Shown: positions 15,660 through 27,932 of the stretch, in pieces
Layout of the letters: every line of letters starts with the position of its first letter
How positions within the stretch are numbered: position 1 is the first letter of the stretch
NCBI RefSeq assembly: GCF_006345805.1
Contig: NC_042998.1
Coordinates: forward strand, 157,108,001-157,172,000
Source: Octopus sinensis
Taxonomy: Eukaryota
Length of the DNA stretch: 64,000 bases
Direction: 5' to 3'
Position numbers and translations under genes: made by a program
Notes under the pieces: model-generated
What the model was told of the DNA's origin: nothing
What the model saw: the letters and a program-made list of their open reading frames with translations, nothing else
Databases searched by the model: none

Positions 15660-16885
15660 GTTATGGTTTGCTACAGCTGTTTCAGGCGTGTTTTTCCTTA
15701 TTGGTGATTAATTCGGTTACATCGTGAAAAAAGTATGTTTTTGTTTGATGGTCGGTGGGTCTCATACCACTAGTCTAGCCTCTCTTCACCTTTGTCCCTA
15801 CTTCTGTCTCTCTGTCTTCCTGCGTGGAGTACACGCAGTTCTTGGTCATATTCTCTTCTATTGGTGGTTTTACTAGAAAGAGATATTTGCGAAGTGTATT
15901 ACTTTTGAATACTGTTCTGATGTCATATGGGCCGCATATCTTTTGTATCTTTTCGGAGAGGCCTTTCACGTAGGGTAGATAGACTGTAGACAGTTTAATG
16001 GTTTCATCCTCTCTTTTCTTCATAATTGGCGTGGAGAGTATGTTTTTGGGGTAGTTATTGCTTAATAGATTGTTACTGAGCTTGATCATTTCTTCGAGGT
16101 GGGTATCACGATCGCTACTTATATTCATTGCTCGATGTTTTAAGCACTGAAGGTCGGCTTGCGGTATACGGATGTCCTGAATAGATACTTGGTGCGTGTT
16201 ATTAATACGTCCAGGAATGCTAGCTGATTGTCCTTTTCCTTTTCCATTCTGAACTGTATGGATGGCTTTAATGAGTTCACACGATCAAACAGCGTTTGGA
16301 CATCTTCCTGGTGGGGCCAGAGTATGAAGGTGTCATCAACATATCGTAGCCATAAGGCTGGTTTTAGTGGTGTTGATCCTAAAGCAAAATTCTCAAAGTA
16401 TTCTATGTATATATTTGCTATTATCGCTGAGAATGGCGAACCCATAGCTAAACCCTCTTCTTGTCGATATATATCAGTGTCCATATTGAAATGGGTAGTT
16501 TCTACATAGAAGGTCAACATTTCCATCAAGTTTCTTATTGGTATACTGGTGCGTTTTCCTTGAATCACCGATAGTGCTTCACCAGTTGGGACTTTGGTGA
16601 AGAGACTAATCACATTTAGACTCACCATCTGGTTGGATTCTTTGGGGGTAGACTTGATTGATTCTGTGTAGTGGGTGGAATTATTCACGTATGATGTTGA
16701 CTTTCCTGCTAATGAACTAATTATATCCACAAGGAAGCGGCTCAGTGGATGACATGCTGAACAACACCAACACCAACACAAAACAGCTGATATACAGCTC
16801 ACTGTATATCAGCTGAAACGTTGTGTTAACAACAAACAAGATGAAGACAAATGCCCGTCAAATGTAAATAATGTAAATAATGTAA
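15660..16885 (-). mobile_element. Penelope-like retroelement (Penelope/Poseidon type) fragment: RT plus start of the GIY-YIG region
   Basis: ORF 16140-16802 has VSLNVISLFTKVP, QEEGLAMGSP, WLRYVDDTF, LAFLDVLI, VYRKPT. ORF 15775-16128 has LPYVKGLSEKI...NCVYS. Internal deletions. Perfect 14-bp hairpin at 16784-16815 followed by GAAACGTT at the 5' junction. Confidence 0.9.
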
Positions 16886-16904
16886 AAGGGAAAGGTTTAC
16901 TTAC

Positions 16905-17218
16905 CTCCCGGGGTCTTGTGAAGGTCGGGTGGTTCGACTTCCATAATTGGTGTTTTTTTGGGGGAAACCTCTTTTAGAACATCGATGTGGGTCTCACGTT
17001 CGGGTTTCCCACGTCCTCCGGAAAGCTCTCTCGAATTTTTAAGTAGGAATTGAGCGACATTCGCACCAGTAGCAAATCTTCTGGTATGCGAAATGCGCTC
17101 GATTCGAATATCACTCCCCCTCTTTCGAATTCAGAGTTTTGTGTCATGAAGGCCATTAGCATAAATGGACACGTGAAGACTATTTTTCAATCCTATACGC
17201 TTATTTTGCAGCACTCTT
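16905..17218 (-). other. Candidate host exon of unknown gene
   Basis: Pyrimidine-rich acceptor ttttccttctttgggtag, strong donor GAG|GTAAGT, CpG-richer non-repetitive sequence; one frame open except a single TGA at 17131-17133. Confidence 0.35.
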
Positions 17219-17479
17219 CTACCCAAAGAAGGAAAATATCACAACATATACATATAAATTCTTGAAGTAAAATAACCTAAATAAAGACTTGGATACAGCA
17301 ATGAACCCTAATAAACTAGCTATCAAACGAACATATATTCTGAAAAAGAAAAAAATATCAGAAATAGAAATAGAACACTTAAAAGGAAAAGTACATCAGT
17401 GCTACAGCTCTAAACAAAAGAGGGACTCATAAAAACCAAAGCCATCCTCATTAGAAGAGGAATATTCCAGGGAGACACG

Positions 17480-19184
17480 CTCTTGCCATTTATCAGTAAG
17501 AATATCTAAAGCAGCAGTTTTAGCACGGGTTTTCATGCACTTTAGCTTTTTCTGCGTATATTTCTAGTAAGTCTAATTCTGGAATTTGTTGTCTTAGATA
17601 TTCCTTTGCCTGTTTTGTTACTGGGTATCATGCTTTCTTGAGACAAGTTTTAATATCCAGTCATCAGAGTTTTTCAGGTAGGTGTTTAGGCCAAGTGTAG
17701 CAATCTTCATTGTTAATTCCAGTTGTAAAAGTATACGGACACCCTCTTTTCTTGGCAGGTAAAGTCTTTCTGTATCTATCTTAGGGTAGTGCATTCTGTG
17801 CATTGTCAACAAGTTTCGTAATTTTCTGTCAAGATTACAGATTTCAGTAATTGACCTGTTAATAATATTGAAACTCTAAGTCCCGACTGGCATGGTTAAA
17901 GTATTGATCGCTTCCATCCTCCTTCTTGCATTCATCTCTGTCTTGAGTATTGCCCTCACCCTTCGATAACATTCTCTTCTGCTCCTTTCCCTCATTAGTA
18001 AATGTTTGATTCCGTCCCCTTCAAATACCCATAGGCATTCGTAGCTCTCAGCTGGTTCTAAACCCTTTATGATATTCTGCAGGTCAAGTTTAACGTTGGA
18101 TGTTTCTGTCATTTTTCTTTTATATCAAACATCTTATAACCGTATTGTACATCATCGAGCAATTTTGAGATGGGCATTAATGTGGTGATAGAGAGTCACC
18201 CTGGAAAATGCCATATGAAATTCTTACATCTTCAGCCTTGAGAGATTCATTGTCACTATTCAAAGTCAGTGTGGTTCTCCTCGATCTCATACGTACAGAC
18301 AAGAAGTTTCGCAGAGTAGCTATTTTATACATGTCCAGACATTTCTTAATCAAGATATATGGTAGACTATCAAAAGCTTTTCAATAGTCTATCCAGGCTA
18401 TCGACAAGTTTTTGAGTAGTTTGTGATAATCTTCCAAGATCTTCTTATTGATGAGTAGCTGATCATTACAACCATAGGACCCGTGTTTACATCATTTTTG
18501 CTCATTAGGAAATATGCAACTCTCTATTAAGAAACTATAGGTATATTCAGTCAAGACAGATGTTAGCATTTTATACATTGTTGTTAAGCAGGTCATGGGT
18601 CTATAATTTTTTGGTTCATTTTGTTACACCATTAACTACCCAAGAGGGCTTCATACTAGGTTGTTGCAAAACATTGTTGCAAAGTTTTGTTAGCAGCTCA
18701 TGGCTCTCTAGTATGCAGGAGTGCTGATTTTGTAGTGTTTACATATTTTTCAATGTAAATACAGGTCTACCCTATCGTGGCGATTTTTGTATTCGTTTGG
18801 TGTCAGCACAGGATATCTGGAGACGAGATGGTCTAGTGTTTCGTCAACTGTGTCGCAAAATCTGCATTTAGAGCCACAACCATTTTGAAGAACGTTAGCC
18901 TGGTAGTTTTTTTGTGAGCAAGCTTTGGTCTTGTGCCGCCAATATGAAACCTTCAGTGTCTGCTTTCAGTCCTGAACTTGTCAGCCACTGATGGGTGGTT
19001 GCTTGATCTACATTAACATTTCGACTTCGAAGTATATACTGTCCATGCAGAGGATTCTGGCTCCACCGCTCCTCAATTTGTTTCTGCCCGTTCTTTTTTG
19101 CAGTCTACTTGATCTATTTTGTTTGTTTTGTGGCAGTGGTTTCAGGTTCTTCAACTATTTCAAGGTTAATGCCAAGTTCCTTAT
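17480..19184 (-). mobile_element. Decayed R4/Dong LINE fragments (RT piece plus a zinc-knuckle/C-terminal piece) ending at (TTA)n
   Basis: MHYPKIDTERLYLPRKEG, ECYRRVRAILKTEMNA, GSYGCNDQLLINK and QWLTSSGLKADTEGFILAAQDQSL homologous to the 47-49 kb copy. Confidence 0.85.
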
Positions 19185-19190
19185 ATTATA

Positions 19191-19247
<57 letters not shown>

Positions 19248-19849
19248 GTAGTGTTTGTTCCATTGATGTAGTTGTTATATTTAAGATGAACGGACTTGTC
19301 AAGTACAGCTCGTATTTACTACGTTGTAATTAATGGGGAAAATTTCGTTAGAGTATTTTGTTGATAGAAAGCTTTTGAACACTGACATCGTGACTCCATT
19401 TAGCTTGGGGTGGGAAGATAAGGTTTGCTCTTTTTATAGTCAATATTTTGTAAGCAGTCGTTTACTCGTATTTTATTATTTTATTATGGTTTCTTTTCTG
19501 CGTGTGAGTGGTATTTACTGCAAACATGGAGCACGATCACGCCCCTAAAGCAAAACTATGTGAAAACATTAACTCAGAATTCGAGAAAGATAAACAGAAA
19601 GATCCCAGTGAGTGAATAAAATTGAACAAGAGACAGAGCAAGCGTTCAAACTTACGAGAAACGAAAAAAAAAAAAATAATAAATTTGCTGTTGTGGGTAG
19701 TAATAGCAGTAGTTTTGCTATCGCGGCGAGTTACGGAGACATACGTCGACTTCGGACAAAAATACACGAGAAATTTATTTTACGAGAAATAATGCTTTTG
19801 ACTGAGTAATATATACACGAACGTACAAGGAAAACGATAACATATCTCT

Positions 19850-20490
19850 GGCTTGCCCAAAACTAAAAAGGGTTTTCATATACCTCATATGCTATCAAAA
19901 AGCACAAATGAACGAGTGATATTAGTTTTTTTGTTTGTTTTTGACAGGAATAGTGTCATTCATCATGATTGTGCTAAACGTGGTCCGACATCTCTTTTGC
20001 ATTTGAGCATCAGAATCCTCAAATGTGAGGGTGGTGTCTTTTTCATACGAAGAGTCACGTTAATTATGAATGTCATTCGCGTAGTGTGGCGATCAATAAA
20101 GATTTTTACATGCAAAGGAAGAGGATTGAGGCATGGACAACTAAACGTGGAAGCTGCGCTACAACAACGCCTCATTCCTTATTTGTGACAATTTGGCACG
20201 AGACACTGTACATCGAACAACTGTCCCGAACTCCGTAGTAGTCCCTGTGGATTTTTGTTCTCAAAGTTGAAATTCTACTCGAGAGGTCGCCAATTTCAGA
20301 TGATATAAGATTGAAGACATTTGTTGCAAGAATTGCGCACTATCACTGAAAATGTGTTCCAGAACAGGGAAAACGTTGGGAGTGGGCTATCAATAGCGGG
20401 GATAAATACTTCGAAAGCGGCATTGCTGATTGAATTTTAGTTAAATCAATAACTTTTTATGAAGATAGGTTTCTTTTCGGAACAAACCTC
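19850..20490 (+). mobile_element. Decayed mariner transposase C-terminal remnant with TIR-like end
   Basis: VILVF..FDRNSVIHHD, PCGF/FSKLK..RGRQF, KRWEWAINSGDKYFE, terminal ttttcggaacaaacctc. Confidence 0.7.
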
Positions 20491-20719
20491 CATCCATCCA
20501 TCCATTCATCCATCCATCCATCCATCCATCCATCCATCCATCCATCCATCCATCCATCCATCCAACCAGCCAGCCAACCAGTCAGTCATCTTAACTTCCT
20601 ACAGATATTGGAATGGAATTTGGTGAGGCCAAATATGCATTTTTGACAATAAAACATGGGAAGTTGTACCCTCCTCTCCACCATCGAACACAAGAAAGCA
20701 GATGTTCGAACTCGTAAGC

Positions 20720-20917
20720 TGCGCAGGCCAGCAATTTTGGTGGTGGTAGAAAGTCAATTATATAGATTCCAGAATTCAACTGGTACTTATTTTATCGACC
20801 CCAAAAAGATAAAAGCAAAGTCGACCTCAGCGAAATTTGAATTTAAAATGTATAGACGGAAGAAATGCCGCTAAACATTTTGTCCGGCGTGCTAACGATT
20901 CTGCCATATCGCCGCCA
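20720..20917 (-). mobile_element. tRNA-derived SINE (family 2)
   Basis: actggtacttattttatcgacccc...gcaaagtcgacctc.gcg.aatttgaa...gtgctaacgattctgcca..tcgccgcc. Confidence 0.85.
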
Positions 20918-21315
20918 TAAGCAGAGTTATATTAAGTTTCATTTAACTACGCATATGGCCCCGAAACTTTAAGAGGCATCATAGGAACACTAGACGCTCG
21001 TGCATTCTTAAAGGTATCATTGTCAGCTCAAACAGAATTCACTTCATACTGAGATCAAAATTGTTAATGATGCCGAAACTCTTTGCAGGGTATAAATGTA
21101 AATGCAAATCAGCCTACAATTGTATAAACAAATTTCTGTTAGGTAAACAACGCTGTATCTTTCTTCCTCTCTTCCTCTGCTAGTTTTCTCTCAGACTCTG
21201 CTCCTCTTCCCCTCTCTCCGTCTCATCTTTCTCACTTTTCCTCCTCTCACTCTCTCCTTATATATGCACACGTGCGCGCGCTCACAAACACATATGTTAA
21301 GTGAATATATATACA

Positions 21316-21350
<35 letters not shown>

Positions 21351-21812
21351 GAATTGTGAAACCGTTTCAACTGTATTTCAACTGGAGAAATGTTTTCCAC
21401 ATGGAACTCATCAATGTGTGAGGCTGTGTGGTGGAAGTTATGATGGCGGTGATGGAGTTGGTTGTTGGTAGTTGTAATGACTGTATCAATGACGATGGAG
21501 AAACATTGAAAATAAGAGAATAAAACAGTTAGTAGCAGTAGTAGAGAAGTGTAAAAATAAAGCTGGGTAAGATTGATGATAAAGAAATGAAGAAATGATG
21601 GCAGTAATAGCGGAACAGAATCGTTAGAGCATGAGAAAAAAGTCATTTTGGTTTATTAACCAAGACTACATTCTCTTGCTGGTGACGGATCAATTAATTC
21701 AGTTCTACGCATCAGTTGTTTTTTTAAAACTTTACACCCCTGAAATTATTTCACAGCAGGGCTAAATATTTCTAATGAGGCGAAATCGTTTTGCTCTTTT
21801 CAGGAATTGCAT

Positions 21813-22841
21813 TATTACCACCGCCTTAGTGAAGGCGGGGGTGTTGTTTTCAGTCGAGTTTGTTTGTTTGCTGGTTTGTTTGTCCGTGGACAAGGTATCT
21901 CAAGAACCGCAGGATGGATTTTGATGAAACTTTCAGGGATGTTTGGCCTTGTGACTGGCACGAACTGATTAGATTTTGGGATCGATCCGGTACCTGACTA
22001 GGATTCTGGATTATTTGTAATATTTACTTTACATGATTAGGATCTAACGTTGACTGTCAAGTCTCCCTTGAAAGCACGCTCATGGTTTCCATGTAAGTTA
22101 TGTCGGCGTTGCTGTTTCCAATGTTTTATTTTCGTTTCTCCATTATTAATTTTACTCGTGTCTTTATCTTAGTAGAAACTGATGGAAAGAACTACATAAA
22201 CAAACGGCAGCAAAGCCGTTCAGAAATTGAATAACACTAACGTATTCAGTAACAATGATAAATTTAATTTATCCCCGACAATTTTATGTTTTACCAATTT
22301 TGAATTACTCCTGTTTAAAACCTCTCAACTACTTGACAATTGCATTTCTAGCCCTGCCTTGAAGTAAGCTTTACTTCCTGGACTCACGTTTTTGTGCGCA
22401 ACGATGTTGTTAAACCTCCGTTAACAGCACCGTATGCAGGTCATTTCCGTTTTCTTTCACGCACAAATAAATTTTTCATTATAGACTTTAATGGTCGTAA
22501 AGACACTATATCAGTGGATAGACTAAAAAAAGGCCTTCATAGAGAAAACTGTCCCTGTTCCCACGTAGACAACACACACAACATTACAAACACGGCCCGC
22601 ACATATACCTTCATATTTCATGACTACCATTGGGATTGATCAGGTACCAGACAATGATTCTGGATTATTTTTCCAGTCTTTTTACTTAATTTTTGAGAGC
22701 GGTCGGGTTCATTTTTAGTGTTCTCGTTTGTGAGAGCAGTCGAATTTATCTAAGATTTTCTCATTTTAAAAGTCATCTCCGGCTAATTGTTGAGAGGACG
22801 TTGGTGTTGCCTTGGCAGAAGTTTGCGCTCTCTGAGTGCTC

Positions 22842-22842
<1 letters not shown>
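21813..22842 (+). mobile_element. Helentron/DINE-1-like non-autonomous element containing a Gypsy integrase fragment
   Basis: 5' ttattaccaccgcc...ggcgggggt subterminal palindrome, (GTTT)n, gatggattttgatgaaactt core and 3' ggcagaagtttgcgctctctgagtgct stem-loop. Internal 22382-22530 encodes THVFVRNDVVKPPLTAPYAGHF...DTISVDRLK (GPY/F module). Confidence 0.75.
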
Positions 22843-22921
<79 letters not shown>

Positions 22922-22959
22922 TATTATTATTATTATTATTATCATTATTATTATTATTT

Positions 22960-23175
22960 AGGCGGTGAGCAGGCAGAATTGTTAGCACGCCGGGGAAAAT
23001 GCTTAGCAGCATTTTGTACGTCTTTACGTTCTGAGTTTAAATCCCACCGGGGTCGACTTTGCTTTTCATCCTTTTGGGAGTCGATAAAGTAAGTACCAGT
23101 TGATATACTGGGGTCGATGCAATCAACTACTCCCCTCCACCCAAATTTCGGGCCCTTGTACCTTTATTAGAAAGG
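22960..23175 (+). mobile_element. tRNA-derived SINE (family 2), followed by a second truncated head at 23197-23280
   Basis: ggcggtgagcaggcagaattgttagcacgccggg...ggggtcgactttgcttttcatcc. Confidence 0.85.
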
Positions 23176-23503
23176 ATTATTATTATCATTATTATTAAGG
23201 CAGTGAGCTGGAAGAATCGTTAGCACGTCAGCCAAAAATGCTAAGCGGTATTTCGTCCGTGTTTGCGTTTGAATTTCCTCATGGGTATATATGCGTGTGT
23301 ATGTGCGTGTATGCGTAGACATATATGTATATATGTGTGTTTGTATGTATACGTACACACGTGTGTGAGTATGTATATAGATATATATATATACATACAT
23401 GTGTGTGTATATGTGTGCATATGCGGATTCTATGAACGAAGTATTACTTTTCCCATGCCTATTGGAGTAATTTCCCTTTATTCAATGTTTTTTTTCATAG
23501 CGC

Positions 23504-23578
23504 TTGTCTTAATAACTGATGAGATACCGGAGCAGACTTCAGCCTCGGCATCCAAAACTCTGCGTTTTATTATGACAA
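23504..23578 (+). ncRNA. Type I hammerhead ribozyme, degenerate (GAAA to AAAA)
   Basis: Stem I ttgtc.taataa/ttatta.gacaa; CTGATGA; stem II gataccggag...ctcggcatc; cAAAAC-tctgc-GTT. Confidence 0.65.
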
Positions 23579-24164
23579 CCAACTAATTGTCACATATATT
23601 TTTAGATAAAGTCCTCTATTTTACATATTATTGAGGTCATTCATTCTTTTGTTCTCCGATAAGGAAATGTGGCGATCACGTCTACTACAGAAATTTGGAA
23701 CATCTTGCTAGGTAGATCTATAAGCATAAATACCAAGCTGGGTTGGTCAATAACCGTTTATTGCAGAGAGACATGAACCCTAAAAACAGCTGACAAGATT
23801 TTGAGATTTCAACGTTTGTATTATACTCTTGTATAATGCATGGAAAGAAGAACCGACGATTCCATTCTAAAACTAATACTTCTGTAAACCTAAGGTAACT
23901 TCGCTATTTCAAACAAACCTCAAGAGATGATGCCACAGTGAATAGCAATTCGTTTGAAGGAAAAAGTGTTAGGAAGCTATTCCCATTGCAAATAAAATAT
24001 AACTTGGTCAACATCAAGAAGTTGTCTATATACACACGGTCATGCATACACACATACACATACACATACATACGGATGTGTGAGAATAAATATGTATATA
24101 TATGTTTATATAAGTATGTGTATATGTATACATTTATGCGTATATACTGATATCCGAAATATCC

Positions 24165-24237
<73 letters not shown>

Positions 24238-24281
24238 CATATACATACATATATATATCTATATTTATAATATATATGCAT

Positions 24282-24343
<62 letters not shown>

Positions 24344-24508
24344 GCATACATATACATATATAATGCACTTATATATGGTCATAATACACCATTCTTATAG
24401 AAACAGTATACATAATGCGTGTACATGGGCACAAGAGAGTTAAAGCGGGTGAAATATATATGTATAACTATGTATGTATGTATGTATGTATGTATGTATG
24501 TATGTATG

Positions 24509-24539
<31 letters not shown>

Positions 24540-24540
24540 T

Positions 24541-25910
24541 ATTATTCAGTTTTATTTCAAACTTTCTTGCCAATATAGAAAGAGCCAGTTTATAACCTAG
24601 ATCCAAGGCAGCTTCACTGGAATTTCAACATCAACAGGGTATTTTTGCATGTAATGTGTGCATATGTGAGTTTTTAGAGTCAGGGTGTATTCAGATTTTA
24701 TGTTTTGTTTTATGTAAGTATTCTCATGTATATACTTGCATATATAGACTTCTTTGCATATACATAATGATATAAATTTCTGGTAAGTTTCACAGAATTT
24801 TACATTTCCAGTGACGGATTGGATCAGCAGTCTTCGAATCAGCTTTTTCCTTTCTGGTTTTGGGAAGCCTAATTTCTCAAGATCGGTACTTAGGCAGTGT
24901 GTTACATATCCCAGTGCCCTGATAATTACAGGTATAAACCTGAACTTATAATCTGGGTAGAGTAACTGTAGACTTCTGAATGTCTGAATGTAGGTATTTT
25001 CTTTCTCACTTCCACAACTGTACACAGTTTCTCTTCTCTGTCCCAAATCACTATGCCAAGTCTATTATGTTTACATTTTATTGAGAATTTCACTGAGATA
25101 TTCCACCTTTACTCCTTCATATAATGAGTGGCTATGACTTCTACCATACAGTAGGTTCTTATTTCCCTATCCTCGGGATTATCATTCCACAGCATCGGTA
25201 GATAATACTATCGGGTGATATCTTCAGTGTTAATTCTACAAAGTCTGTATCGGTGATCACATTTTGGTGCTTTCCTTGTGTGTCTATCCTTTTTGTGCAT
25301 CATGTCTTCAGTTGATATTTTCTGTCCCTGGTGCAAACACATGCCTTTAGTAATCCGGTTGTTGGTCCATGATAGATTACTTTGGCTATCAAAATTACTA
25401 TCATCCGGAGCTTTCTGCTAACATATCCATACATAGTCTTCTGATATCACTCATCTGATGATACATTGCAGTAGAGTCGTGCGACTTCTTTGGGTATGTA
25501 TCCAAGGTTATCAAGCAAGGAATGCTGCTCAAGGAGCTGCTTTCCAAGTCCCATGATGTTATCTGCCTCGTGCATGCAAACTTGGTCAAGGGATACACTT
25601 CGACACTTGGTAGTTAAAAGATGTTGTAGAAGGGATATGATAGGAGATTCAAAAGCATCCAAATCGATGTTATGCCTCTGCCCTCTTGTTTTTGTTTTAG
25701 GTGGAGGCGGTTTACATCGTTGCTGATGTGGAAATTATGTGTGCTGGTTTACATCTTCCGGATTTTCACACCAGTAGTTCGGATTTCCTCAAGCGTCCAG
25801 TCAAGTAGTCCAAATGTTGGTATGAGTACTGGTGGTGCAAACACATTGTGGGCCACCGTTTTATTGAATGCAAAGAGTACCGAAGACCATACTTTCTCTA
25901 TTCGGCTCTA
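24541..25910 (-). mobile_element. R4/Dong-like RLE LINE (family D), 5'-truncated and decayed, 3' end on (TATG)n
   Basis: KENTY...LQLLYPDYKFRFIPVIIRALG...LEKLGF C-terminus; same family and 3' UTR as 42841-44515. Confidence 0.82.
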
Positions 25911-25969
25911 ATAATGTTAAATAGATATATAAGGAATTTCGTATTAGAAAATCTTCAGATATATAATAC

Positions 25970-26007
<38 letters not shown>

Positions 26008-26146
26008 CTACTATATATATATATATATTGTTATATTTCGGAATGGTCATTTTGCCAGTTTAGCCAATAAAAACACACGCACTATATATTTGGTGTTATT
26101 TTGCTTCAGTGTTATTTATTTTTTACATTAATCTTAATCTTATTTC

Positions 26147-26191
26147 GGCCAGAGTTCTTTCGTCACACTCCTGTGACCGCGTCAGTGGTCC
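26147..26191 (-). ncRNA. Minimal type I hammerhead, degenerate
   Basis: Minus strand ggacca-CTGACGC-g-gtcaca-ggag-tgtgac-GAAAG-aa-CTC-tggcc; core A9 mutated to C. Confidence 0.6.
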
Positions 26192-26387
26192 TTTGTTTTC
26201 TTCTTTCTTATTTGTGTCTCTCCTTACTAACCGTCAGTCATTATCTATTAGAAGAATTTTTGTTTATATATATATAAATAAAGTTTACCGATAATGGTTC
26301 TTTTAACATGCCGAATTACTTGGTAAATTATATATATATACCTATACATATACATATATATATAATGTAGACTATATTTTTTATGAG

Positions 26388-26422
<35 letters not shown>

Positions 26423-26613
26423 AACAAAAATTCTTATAACTATCAGTATAATTAGGGTTCAGCAAAAAATTTGCTTCACCACATACGGAAATTTAGAAAT
26501 AGCAGCCAAAACTAGCTATTTTTCTACCATAAGAAAATCTCTCGGACAACACTACTCAACAATCCACGTAGGCAAAGAGAAAAAAAATAACGAATTCACT
26601 CGGCTTAGATTAA

Positions 26614-26696
26614 CTGTGGCTGCGTTTCGGAGTTAAATAGATATGAAAACTGCAAAAACCACATTTCCATTCTATCATTCTCGCTCGTCAGCACAG
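26614..26696 (-). ncRNA. Type I hammerhead with long stem II; cleavage triplet mutated
   Basis: ctgtg-CTGACGA-gcgag...ctcc-GAAAC-gc-AGC-cacag; stem I ctgtg/cacag. The sister copy at 27343 keeps GAAACGCGTC. Confidence 0.75.
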
Positions 26697-26839
26697 TATT
26701 TCAATATTTTAAATTTGAGGGCACTGTACAAAATTGAACATACCTTATCTGACATTGAATGTAATTTGTCTGATGCCGCTTGGTCAGATTAGGTATGTTC
26801 AATTTTTTACAGTGCCCTCAAATTTAAAATCTTGAAATA

Positions 26840-26922
26840 CTCTGCTGAAGAGCGAGAATGATATAATGGAAATGTGGTTTTTGCATTTTTCATATCTATC
26901 TAACTCCGAAACGCAGCCACAG
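26840..26922 (+). ncRNA. Type I hammerhead with long stem II (mirror copy); cleavage triplet mutated
   Basis: ctctg-CTGAAGA-gcgag...ctcc-GAAAC-gc-AGC-cacag. Confidence 0.72.
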
Positions 26923-27125
26923 TTAATCTAAGCCGAGTGAATTCGTTATTTTTTTTCTCTTTGCCTACGTGGATTGTTGAGTAGTGTTGTCCGAGAGATT
27001 TTCTTATGGTAGAAAAATAGCTAGTTTTGGCTGCTATTTCTAAATTTCCGTATGTGGTGAAGCAAATTTTTTGCTGAACCCTAATTATAATTATAATTAT
27101 ACTCATAATTATAAGAATTTTTGTT

Positions 27126-27184
<59 letters not shown>

Positions 27185-27888
27185 CTCATAAAAAATATAG
27201 TCTACATTATATATATATGTATATGTATAGGTATATATATATAATTTACCAAGTAATTCGGCATGTTAAAAGAACCATTATCGGTAAACTTTATTTATAT
27301 ATATATAAACAAAAATTCTTATAATAGATAATGGCTGACTCCGAAACGCGTCCACAGTTAATCTGAGCCGAGTGAATTCGTTGTATTTTTCTCTTTTCCT
27401 AAGTGGGTTGTTGAATATTGTTGTCTGGGAGATTTTCTTATGGTAGAGAAATAACTAGTTTTGGCTGCTATTTCTAAATTTCGGTATGTGGTGAAGCAAA
27501 TTTTTTGCTGAACCCTAATTATAATTATACTGATAGTTATAAGAATTTTTGTTTAAGTTTACCGATAACGGTTCTTTTAACATGCCGAATTATTAATTAA
27601 TTAATTAATTTTACCCTTTATTATTATTGATTATATATATATATATATAAATAGATGTGTGTATTTTTCCTTTGTTAACATTTAACAGATGATTTAACAT
27701 TTAACATTTAACATTTAACAGATTTAATAGATAAATAGTTACCAGGGTAGCCAAAAACCACACAAGTAAAAAGAGAAGATTACATTGTTTTGCAGCGTTA
27801 TATTCCTTTGGAATAATATCAGTGATGTCTTCGAAACATGTGCCTGAAGTAAATGAATTTGAATAACACCTGCGTTTAACTCCATGTG

Positions 27889-27924
<36 letters not shown>

Positions 27925-27932
27925 ATTATTAT

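Larger units (their letters stand above)
26233..27339. repeat. Long fold-back palindrome (arms about 520 and 557 bp, 29-nt spacer) carrying a hammerhead motif in each arm
   Basis: 26233-26753 is the reverse complement of 26783-27339 with few mismatches; a third partial direct copy follows at 27338-27590. Confidence 0.95.

Noticed and set aside
15672-15705. Hammerhead at the 3' end of the Penelope copy (GAAACAGCTGTA on the minus strand)
   Set aside because: The 5' core reads CCAATAA, three changes from consensus, and stem I is unclear; at best a relic.
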